IMG/VR virus record: IMGVR_UViG_3300031413_000003
Span: 32,001-96,000 of that record
Direction: 5' to 3' (one strand)
From: a virus
Length of the DNA stretch: 64,000 nucleotides
Of the stretch, positions 56,618 to 64,000 are shown piece after piece (the first letter of the stretch is position 1; every line of letters starts with the position of its first letter). Under the pieces are notes generated by a model. The model made no database searches. It saw only the letters and a list, made by a program, of their open reading frames with translations, and was not told the DNA's origin. Both the position numbers and the translations under genes were made by a program.

Positions 56618-57547
56618 TTAACCTTCTATATCCAACACGTAAATCGGCCAGAACGCTCGCGCACCACCGTTTGATATCGTCGCCACCGATAAATCATAAG
56701 CGCGGAAAATACAAAGAAAATTTGTCGTATCCGCGCCATTGATAACAGCGGTTGCCGTATGGGCATAGTTGTTAAAATAACTTATGTCCAATAACTCGTT
56801 GTCCGACATTTGCGGCAAGAACGGGAAGTAGGATTGTGCCGGGTAATACTGGTTAGAGTTCCAGAAGATCGACAACAGCGCCGCAAATTCAGAAGTGAAA
56901 AATGAATCCGGGTAAGAAGTCAATCGATTACTGGTAAATGCCAACGATCCGTCTGCTGCTTTACTGCCGCGGTCATCCATAAAGGGTGGGCGAATAAAGT
57001 AACTAAAATCCCCCTTGGTCATCCGTAACAGTTCTTTGTCCGGCTGATCGATCTGCGGAAGGACCTTTTGGGCGCGCAGCTGATTGACGGTAAAGACACT
57101 GGTTGTTAATGGACAACCTGGAATGAAAATAATCTTTCCATTGGCAATGAATTTGTGTAGCTTCTTGTTTGCAACGGTGGAGGCAGAAGCGGTTCCAAAC
57201 CCAGTCTTAGTGCCAATATCAGAAAAAGACGGTAGTTCACCTAACGCTACTTCTCCGAAATACCCAAGACCCCAATCCCCTCGTAATAACTTCTGGCCAC
57301 CAGGACCTGTTTTTTCAAAGCTTGCTAACGGATTTTCCACAGATGCGGTTTTGTCATCACCTATGTAAGCAATCGTACTGTACCAATAAACCCGGTTAAC
57401 ATCAGCGGCAGTATCTTCATAAGCCAATGCTGTCGGTGCAACGGTAGCAAGGAGGGTTTTGTCTCCCCCTCGCTTTTCAGCACGATATACTTCGATCTTC
57501 GTCAGCTCGCTTTGATTGGGGTTTAACCAATCGAAAACTATTGACAT
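56618..57547 (-). CDS. Virion protein paralog (Fn3-like + C-lectin-like; phiKZ gp131-135-type family)
   Basis: W...IEVYR...YED...YWY Fn3 pattern; TGPG...LLRGDWGLGYFGEV; KFIANGKIIFIP; FWPIYVL end. Confidence 0.75.
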   Translation of the reverse strand: MSIVFDWLNPNQSELTKIEVYRAEKRGGDKTLLATVAPTALAYEDTAADVNRVYWYSTIAYIGDDKTASVENPLASFEKTGPGGQKLLRGDWGLGYFGEVALGELPSFSDIGTKTGFGTASASTVANKKLHKFIANGKIIFIPGCPLTTSVFTVNQLRAQKVLPQIDQPDKELLRMTKGDFSYFIRPPFMDDRGSKAADGSLAFTSNRLTSYPDSFFTSEFAALLSIFWNSNQYYPAQSYFPFLPQMSDNELLDISYFNNYAHTATAVINGADTTNFLCIFRAYDLSVATISNGGARAFWPIYVLDIEG

Positions 57548-57557
57548 GATCTAATCC

Positions 57558-58466
57558 TTACAGAACAAGTTCCAGCACCGGCCAAATGCGCAGGGTATTA
57601 CCTGAAATAGATGATACGCTACCGTTGGCCTGAATAACCTGAATCGCAGAGGTGTTAGCAGAATCAGTTGCGCCTACAGGAACATAAGCCGCAAACGTGT
57701 TAACGTCTAACAAACGCATGCGTGTGGTATTTTGAGCGTTGGTGTCGATCGTGCTGTTCACCAGGGCGGGATTGTTCGCACCCATTGAATAACTGAACAT
57801 CGAGATCATCATCCCCGCTTCGCTGCTCTGGAAGTCGTCCTTGGTTGTGTCTGGCGTAAATGCAGTTAAGTATTTGCTGTCATCCAGAGAAGCGTGAGGA
57901 ATGCGGTAACGGTACTGCCATCCGCCATTTTCTAACAGCCAACTGTCTTTCACCGTCATGGCGATGCCGTTAGCAGGAAGAATGGCGGAAGTAACTGCTT
58001 GCCCCTGGTAAGTGATATAACGATCGGGGATAAAGATAATTTTCCCGTTGACAATGAACTTATGCCACACCGTTAATGCAGTGGTCAGTGCATTACCTGT
58101 CGCACCCTTGGCCGTCAACCAACCTTGGATTTGAGCGCTGGTAAAGAGGTCGGTTGGCGCAACTTCACCAAAGTAACCAAAGCTCCAGTCACCGCGCAAC
58201 AACTTGGTAGGGCCCACTCCCGTTTCAGGGAAATAACCCACGGCAAATGGTTCACCAAAGGTTTCCACGCCATCGGTATCAACGCTGGAGATAGAGAACC
58301 AGTAAGTCACGTTACGCACGGCGTCGTCGTACGTTTTGCTCAGTACATCCTTGCTAACTTCCGTCATATCAGTAGGCAGGGTTGCATTAGTAAAACGCTT
58401 AGTGCCGCGATAAATGCGGTATTTTGCCGCGCCATCCGCGGCTTTCCAGTTTACTGTTAAAGACAT
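57558..58466 (-). CDS. Virion protein paralog (Fn3-like + C-lectin-like)
   Basis: TGVGPTKLLRGDWSFGYFGEV; WHKFIVNGKIIFIP; IWPVLELV end. Confidence 0.75.
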   Translation of the reverse strand: MSLTVNWKAADGAAKYRIYRGTKRFTNATLPTDMTEVSKDVLSKTYDDAVRNVTYWFSISSVDTDGVETFGEPFAVGYFPETGVGPTKLLRGDWSFGYFGEVAPTDLFTSAQIQGWLTAKGATGNALTTALTVWHKFIVNGKIIFIPDRYITYQGQAVTSAILPANGIAMTVKDSWLLENGGWQYRYRIPHASLDDSKYLTAFTPDTTKDDFQSSEAGMMISMFSYSMGANNPALVNSTIDTNAQNTTRMRLLDVNTFAAYVPVGATDSANTSAIQVIQANGSVSSISGNTLRIWPVLELVL

Positions 58467-58469
58467 TTA

Positions 58470-59357
58470 TTAACCCTCGATCAGTTCTAATACAGGCCAG
58501 AACATCATGCTACTGGTTTTGTTCAGCAAGCGCGCGGCGCTCAAAGTAAGGCGGCTGTTACTGCCGTTACCGCGTGCCAAAGAGTAAGTGCCGTCAGCAC
58601 TTTGCTCCGCCACCATAACCTGCGGGTAGCTGTTCATGTTCAGCTGACTGTAGGACTGGTTTAACAGAGTAGGCAGACGCTGACCAATCGGGGTGAAAGA
58701 AAACAACGGGTACATTAGGTCGTTAAATTCATTGACGTAACCCAATGTATCCATGTCGGTGTTCAAAGAAGTGGGGAGCGCCACGGAAGTGTCGTCATTC
58801 CAACCTTTTGGTAAACGCAGCTTATATTTATTACCTTTTAAGGTAAGAGGTAAACCGGCGGCGTTGGCTACTGCACTTGACAGGATATTTGTCCCCGACA
58901 TGTTCATGAGCAGGGGTTTATTGGGAACATACAGGATTTTCCCGTTACGGATATATTTGTACCAGAAAGTGGGTGCCGCATTCGTCCCCGCAATGCCGGT
59001 GGCCGTGATGAGGTCTGCTGCTCCAATCAGGTCATCCATTGGGAAGAAGCCCATGAAGCCCAGGTTGGCATCACCTACCAGAATTTTACTTGCACCCGCG
59101 CCGCGCGTCTCTGTAGCCTGTAAATAGAAGTTACGGCTCAGTTGACGGTCTTTAGTGCCGATGGTTTCAAACACGTAGTAATAAAACTTATCCTGGATGG
59201 CCGTAGGATCGGGAACAACGATAGGATCACCTGTAACCTGACTGAGTGTTAACAGAGGTGTTGGGAGGTTTTCACGATCGATCTCGGTATCGCTACGGTA
59301 GATTTTCATATCTACCGCACTGGTGTTGTTGTTTTTGAGTAAAAGGCGAATAGCCAT
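58470..59357 (-). CDS. Virion protein paralog (Fn3-like + C-lectin-like)
   Basis: GAGASKILVGDANLGFMG; WYKYIRNGKILYVP; NEFNDLMY; FWPVLELI end. Confidence 0.75.
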   Translation of the reverse strand: MAIRLLLKNNNTSAVDMKIYRSDTEIDRENLPTPLLTLSQVTGDPIVVPDPTAIQDKFYYYVFETIGTKDRQLSRNFYLQATETRGAGASKILVGDANLGFMGFFPMDDLIGAADLITATGIAGTNAAPTFWYKYIRNGKILYVPNKPLLMNMSGTNILSSAVANAAGLPLTLKGNKYKLRLPKGWNDDTSVALPTSLNTDMDTLGYVNEFNDLMYPLFSFTPIGQRLPTLLNQSYSQLNMNSYPQVMVAEQSADGTYSLARGNGSNSRLTLSAARLLNKTSSMMFWPVLELIEG

Positions 59358-59367
59358 AAAAGTTTCC

Positions 59368-61344
59368 TTATTTACCTAATTCAGAATAATTGGTAGCGGG
59401 GACGATGACAGTGGCTGGGCGAGGAGCCGACGTTAATGCCCGAGGCGATGACAGCGCGCCAGTAACCACTCTCATACTGATTGGGTTACCTGAATAATCA
59501 ATGGAAACAGACGGCAAAGGTGCTCGCACCACAGGTTTAATGGTTGGTGCGCCCAGAGTCTTAATCGTGTTCGTGTAAGCAAAGCTACTAAACGCTGGTG
59601 TTGCCAAGCGCGGAGTAACAACACGAACAGGCCGCACAGCATCACTTATCTCACTCGAGAAGCCTACCGGAGAAACACCTACGACGTCAATTATCGGGGT
59701 AACATATAACCCTTTAATCAAGTTTCCGTATGAGGTCGTTGCGGGAACTTGAGGTGTCAAGAACCGTGTATCGACTTTACGAACGGGGGTAACTGCGCCA
59801 GAAGCCACTACAGGGCCGGGAACTACCTTACCAGTGTAATAACGCGGAACTGGTGGTGAGTACAAGCCTTTGATCAGATCACCGTAACGATACCCATCAC
59901 CCATTGGTGCCGGCTGGTAGTTACCGAAGTCTAATCCCATCACGCGAGTGATAGTATCGGAAATCACTGTGTCGTGATACAACGGTGCTGGTACTTTCTC
60001 ATCTTTCGCAACCTGGAACGTGTAGATCCCGCTTACCGCTTCAATTGACGCATAATCAAACTCTGGCGGAAGAACACTTTGTGAAAGCACCGCGCGTTTA
60101 ATAGGGTGAGCGTCAGTTACTCCATACGTGTTAGAATCAACAGGCTCTAAGCGCTTTGGTTCAGGCTGGAACCATGTAGGCTCCACAACGATCCCATTGG
60201 CGCCCTGCATGATCAACACAGGTCGGAAACCACGGTTCAGGGTAACAAGAGTTAATAAGCTGGTGGTTTTAGACAGCACACCTGTATTCGCCCCTTGCCC
60301 ACCGCGTATTACCGTGGATTGTAGAGTTAAATCAGAACGATAAATCCAGTTCCATTCCCCTTTATTTCGGGCGCCGGAACTTGCAGTGTACCCCATCCCC
60401 AACTCATTGTCAGAGAACTGCTCCCAGAATACTTTATCCGGGTCGCTGGCACTGACGTGATACAACAGATCTTCCCACTCATTAGTGCCATCAGCTTTGC
60501 TGTCTGACCTTGGTATGCGGACATTATAGTTGTCCCCACCGATTTCAATAACACGATCACCTTTAACCAGACTTAAGTCAGCCAGGTCATTATAGGAAAG
60601 CATGTTTGCTGTCGGCTTCTGGGCAATCATCACGATTTTGCCGTTGTAGGAAAACTTCAACCACAAGTTATCACCGGTATACAGGATCTTGTCGTTGGAG
60701 ATGCCCAGCAAAGAAGTGACTGCTTCAGGTGACATGAAGTCACGCGGGAGAACTTGCCCGTAATAGCCTTTTAACCATGTTCCGGCTTTTAACGAATAGG
60801 GATCACTACAAACCAGATAAAACTCACCATAAATGGTATCACCGTTTACCAACATGCGGTAAAGGTTATTGGAGAGCTGATCCTTAACGGTAATTTCGCT
60901 GGCTTTTAATTTGTACTTCGATTGTGCATTGAGGTCGTCTAATGCGGCCTTCAAAATAACGCTGGTGTCGGTACTGATTAACGGAATAACTTGCACAGCC
61001 GTAGGAATCTTTTCTCCTATGGTTTTAAAACGATACAGTCCTCTAGATTTTGTTAATGAAATGTCTTCAAGTGTAGCGTAGAGCGTTTTATCACTAAAGT
61101 TCAACACCCGGTCACCACCGATTGGAGCACACTCCCAGGATTGTTCCTCGGCCTCAATCTGCAGCGACGACGATGCCAAGTTCGCGACACGGCCCATGAT
61201 CGGGTTGTTAGGATCAGTGGCAATGGTTTCGAATTGCATGGTGTCGACGGTGACTTTACCTAATCGATCGGTATAGTCAGGGTATCGCGCTTTGTTTACA
61301 GTGACAAATTTCTCTAGCATGATTTCGCGAGAATCTAACGCCAT
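59368..61344 (-). CDS. Large mosaic virion protein: shared N-module + C-lectin-like domain + Pro-rich repeats
   Basis: Start moved to ATG 61344; GTWLKGYYGQV, WLKFSYNGKIV, NEWEDLLY, VIRGG, RGFRPVL; C-terminal repeats. Confidence 0.75.
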   Translation of the reverse strand: MALDSREIMLEKFVTVNKARYPDYTDRLGKVTVDTMQFETIATDPNNPIMGRVANLASSSLQIEAEEQSWECAPIGGDRVLNFSDKTLYATLEDISLTKSRGLYRFKTIGEKIPTAVQVIPLISTDTSVILKAALDDLNAQSKYKLKASEITVKDQLSNNLYRMLVNGDTIYGEFYLVCSDPYSLKAGTWLKGYYGQVLPRDFMSPEAVTSLLGISNDKILYTGDNLWLKFSYNGKIVMIAQKPTANMLSYNDLADLSLVKGDRVIEIGGDNYNVRIPRSDSKADGTNEWEDLLYHVSASDPDKVFWEQFSDNELGMGYTASSGARNKGEWNWIYRSDLTLQSTVIRGGQGANTGVLSKTTSLLTLVTLNRGFRPVLIMQGANGIVVEPTWFQPEPKRLEPVDSNTYGVTDAHPIKRAVLSQSVLPPEFDYASIEAVSGIYTFQVAKDEKVPAPLYHDTVISDTITRVMGLDFGNYQPAPMGDGYRYGDLIKGLYSPPVPRYYTGKVVPGPVVASGAVTPVRKVDTRFLTPQVPATTSYGNLIKGLYVTPIIDVVGVSPVGFSSEISDAVRPVRVVTPRLATPAFSSFAYTNTIKTLGAPTIKPVVRAPLPSVSIDYSGNPISMRVVTGALSSPRALTSAPRPATVIVPATNYSELGK

Positions 61345-61645
61345 TGAAATGATCTCTCTGTAGCAAAAAAGCATAAAATTAAAAAGGCAAAAAAAGACGC
61401 ATACATATGACAAACCCAGGGTTGTTACCCCCAGGTTCGTGATGTGTGGTTTGTGTTTAGGTTTTTATTGTTGTGAACAGGTTGATTTGTAACCCACTGG
61501 TTTTTATTTTCGGTGATAAACCATTGAGACTGCTACACTCAATGTTTTGTTAACTTTGTTTACCACTCCTATATAATACAAACTTTCAGTGAAAAAAAAA
61601 TAAGTTAAAGTAACCACCTGACCGAAGTCAGGCAGTTGGGTGGTA

Positions 61646-61945
61646 TTAAAAGTGATCACGTGCAATCAGCAGCAGTTCTTCTTTGTCGACAATGAATGGC
61701 TGTTTACCATCCACGCTCAACTTAAAGCTGTGACGATTGATTGACTCATCGTAGGTTGCGAGAAAGTTGGTTTCTCCCACAGTGCCTTCGATAAACCCAG
61801 AGCCTTTGACATAAGTTGTCTTGATCTCGGCTTCTTTGTCGAAAACAATCCCGGTTTCTGTAAAATGTCCACTGCGACCTGGTTCTTTAAAATCACCAGA
61901 CGCCAACAAGAAGTCAATAGCTGACACCAAAATGTTAGTGACCAT
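61646..61945 (-). CDS. Hypothetical protein
   Basis: 99 aa, GAGGA SD. Confidence 0.7.
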   Translation of the reverse strand: MVTNILVSAIDFLLASGDFKEPGRSGHFTETGIVFDKEAEIKTTYVKGSGFIEGTVGETNFLATYDESINRHSFKLSVDGKQPFIVDKEELLLIARDHF

Positions 61946-61963
61946 AGGGTTTCCTCTTTTTTA

Positions 61964-62455
61964 CTAACGATAGGTACGATAACTCCCGTCAAGAATCTCC
62001 TCATGGCTAACCAGACGCATGCCTGTCGCCTCAAGAGAGACATTGATATAGCGCTTGTCGGGAATAATGATCTCGTGCAGATGCCCGTGGATATTTAAAC
62101 GTCCACGCAAGTGATCAGCATGCACGGGAATGTGAGTGATCCAATATGGATGGTTCTTCCAGCGATACCCGCCTTGAATATCATCCACAACCCCCAGCAA
62201 GTCATTCCAACGAATTCCTTTTTCAAAATCATGGTTACCCACAATCAGGCGTTTCCTACAGGGAAGCTTCTTGAACTCCTCGAGCATATGTTTTCCGACG
62301 ATGCAGTCACCGACCATTTCCAATTCATCATTGGGTTTCAGTCCACTTAACAAATCCATAATGAATTCATCGTGGTAGCCTAAAGTCGGGAACTGGGTGC
62401 GGTACTTAATAATGCTCTTATCGCCAGCGTGTAAGTCTGCTACAAAGTACTTCAT
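61964..62455 (-). CDS. Calcineurin-like metallophosphoesterase
   Basis: ADLH, VGD, GNHD, THIP, HGHLH, NVS; start moved to ATG 62455. Confidence 0.88.
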   Translation of the reverse strand: MKYFVADLHAGDKSIIKYRTQFPTLGYHDEFIMDLLSGLKPNDELEMVGDCIVGKHMLEEFKKLPCRKRLIVGNHDFEKGIRWNDLLGVVDDIQGGYRWKNHPYWITHIPVHADHLRGRLNIHGHLHEIIIPDKRYINVSLEATGMRLVSHEEILDGSYRTYR

Positions 62456-62509
62456 TACTACCCCAAGAAAAGTGTTGTAAGATACATATAACACGCTTGG
62501 AGTTTAAAT

Positions 62510-62887
62510 TCATTTCGGCTGAACAGGCTTTATGTCGTAATCTTTCAGGGGAGGAGCAGGAATGTCCAAGTTCTCCACAATCAAGATTTCGCAGTTGTCG
62601 CGATCTACTCGTCGCTTGTCTGTTATAACGTCGAAATGGTCGAAGCCTTGGAGTCGGGTATAACGGACCTGCTGGTCGCTACCTTTGTCGCAAAGGGCTT
62701 CTAGGTGATAGCCTGGTTTTGCTACGTATTTAAAACTAAAGAAAGGTAGAGGTACAGCTTTGATATTGACCGATTGATACTTCCAGTTATACCAGGTGAC
62801 GTAGCAGTCAACGGTTAACGAAGAAGCACCGTATAAGGCCAATACCCCCACAAGACCCACGGAAAGAGAACGGATTAGTCCCTTCAT
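62510..62887 (-). CDS. Secreted or membrane-anchored hypothetical protein
   Basis: N-terminal hydrophobic segment; GAGG SD. Confidence 0.7.
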   Translation of the reverse strand: MKGLIRSLSVGLVGVLALYGASSLTVDCYVTWYNWKYQSVNIKAVPLPFFSFKYVAKPGYHLEALCDKGSDQQVRYTRLQGFDHFDVITDKRRVDRDNCEILIVENLDIPAPPLKDYDIKPVQPK

Positions 62888-62918
62888 TGCTTATAACCTC
62901 AAAAAATTAAAGAATCGA

Positions 62919-62948
62919 GAGAGTTGTCCCGAAGGACAACAGCTCTCA
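62919..62948 (-). terminator. Hairpin terminator
   Basis: GTTGTCC-CGAA-GGACAAC core (UUCG loop on the minus strand) with GAGAG/CTCTC extension. Confidence 0.6.
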
Positions 62949-62953
62949 TAAGA

Positions 62954-63217
62954 TTAATGCATTTTCGCCCGAATATCGTTTAACACTGAACGCGCATCTT
63001 CAACTAAGCTGTTCAGCTCGTTGATGCGTTCAGGTAACGTGGCGTCTTTTAATTGCTGTTGGAAGTGATGCAGGTAACGCGAGTACGTTTCGAACTTAGC
63101 CTGTAGCCATTCCTGGTCAATGTCCCGCTGTTCTTTCTTTTGCGTGAATTGACGATGTACCTGAGCATTGCTTTCAGGTAAGTTATTGTGAGCAAAATAA
63201 ACGCCACCGATATTCAT
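62954..63217 (-). CDS. Small coiled-coil hypothetical protein
   Basis: 87 aa, GAGGT SD. Confidence 0.7.
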   Translation of the reverse strand: MNIGGVYFAHNNLPESNAQVHRQFTQKKEQRDIDQEWLQAKFETYSRYLHHFQQQLKDATLPERINELNSLVEDARSVLNDIRAKMH

Positions 63218-63225
63218 AAACTACC

Positions 63226-64000
63226 TCATGATGTTAAACAATAAGTGAAGAGATCGTTACAGTTAAAAAGCTTTTCGATAGCTTCCTGTTTCTCAATGCC
63301 TTCGTCGTGACTTAACCAACCCGGAGTAGAACCGCCGTGTTCTTCCATTTCTAAAACTTGATCCAGTGCGTGGAAACTGCTATACCACTCACCTTCGTAA
63401 TTCTCAAAAACAGGATCACTGACGGCGTATAACTTATCCCACCCTGTACGATCCGTAAGGGAAAAAGGAATATCATGTTTGACTTTCAGATATCCACCAA
63501 GGATGCCGACATAAGTCAGCGCCGAGACATAATCAATTTCAGGTCCGTCTTGAACGTCACCAAACACCGTTTTAACCACAGCAGGCACTGCTGCAGGGTC
63601 AAAGGAAAGAGTCGGTAAAGATTCGCGCGCAAAACTTACTTGTTTGTCTTTATCGTACTGCTCCCATTTAACACTAAAGAAAAACTCTGGAACAGATAAA
63701 AGCTCTTCCCCTTTTTCAGTGTAAGAAAGATCTTTGTTAATCAATCCTTCTTTCCAGCAGGCGTATTTAAACAGCTCCAATCCACCCGGAAGACGATGGT
63801 AGTCTTTACCAAATGCGAGATCGGCGAATTGCGCAAAGAAGAAACTTGTAGCTTCATCAGGACGACCACATCCGCATCCCCAGGCATTCTCGCAAAGAAC
63901 ACTATTAAGAAAGTCGAGGACACCTTCTAATTCACACCCATCATAATGAAGGACGCCCTCATGGTTCCTGAGTTTGTTTTTATCAAACGGCTTGCAATGT
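63226..64000 (-). CDS. Hypothetical protein, 5' end beyond the window (CGCGxP ... EHGGS motifs)
   Basis: Frame of 63226-63780 stays open to the window edge (HCKPFDKNK...AWGCGCGRPDEA...GGLELFKY). Confidence 0.75.
   Translation of the reverse strand, partial: HCKPFDKNKLRNHEGVLHYDGCELEGVLDFLNSVLCENAWGCGCGRPDEATSFFFAQFADLAFGKDYHRLPGGLELFKYACWKEGLINKDLSYTEKGEELLSVPEFFFSVKWEQYDKDKQVSFARESLPTLSFDPAAVPAVVKTVFGDVQDGPEIDYVSALTYVGILGGYLKVKHDIPFSLTDRTGWDKLYAVSDPVFENYEGEWYSSFHALDQVLEMEEHGGSTPGWLSHDEGIEKQEAIEKLFNCNDLFTYCLTS

Noticed and set aside
25075-61410. Individual late promoters (TATG) upstream of structural genes
   Set aside because: TATG occurs at plausible places (e.g. near 25078, 29228, 36102, 53998, 56557, 61372) but a 4-mer cannot be called without TSS data.
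56618-61645. Diversity-generating retroelement acting on the lectin-like genes
   Set aside because: No reverse transcriptase and no near-identical adenine-variant template repeat seen in this window.
1-64000. Stop-codon reassignment
   Set aside because: The standard code gives dense, full-length genes, and TAA, TAG and TGA all end plausible genes.
1-64000. tRNA, rRNA, chimallin, PhuZ or GroES genes
   Set aside because: No cloverleaf signature or matching protein motif recognised by eye; tRNAscan-SE and HMM searches would be needed to exclude them fully.

Overview
A 64 kb segment of a jumbo myovirus of the phiKZ-like (Chimalliviridae, nucleus-forming) lineage, most like the EL/OBP branch because it encodes a GroEL-like chaperonin. 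An AmsF/WceF-like exopolysaccharide enzyme suggests an Enterobacterales (possibly Erwiniaceae) host. The left half is conserved core: modular endolysin, three split virion RNA polymerase beta/beta' subunit genes, a 2544-aa tape-measure protein with GH19 and M15-like peptidoglycan hydrolase domains, UvsX/RecA, a degenerate RNase H-like protein, virion proteins and an SF2 helicase. The right half is mostly minus-strand accessory DNA: chaperonin, small membrane proteins, an HD-hydrolase/Cys-His-Asp/ParB-like operon, two paralogous tail fibres with a chaperone, four C-type-lectin-like virion paralogs and a calcineurin-like phosphoesterase. Six copies of a ~27-bp putative early promoter and a family of near-identical terminator hairpins are visible by eye. 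I saw no tRNA, rRNA, CRISPR array, intron, intein or IS element. phiKZ/EL/OBP gp numbers are recalled from motifs and synteny, not from database searches. No clearly new system is proven; the best leads are listed as findings.
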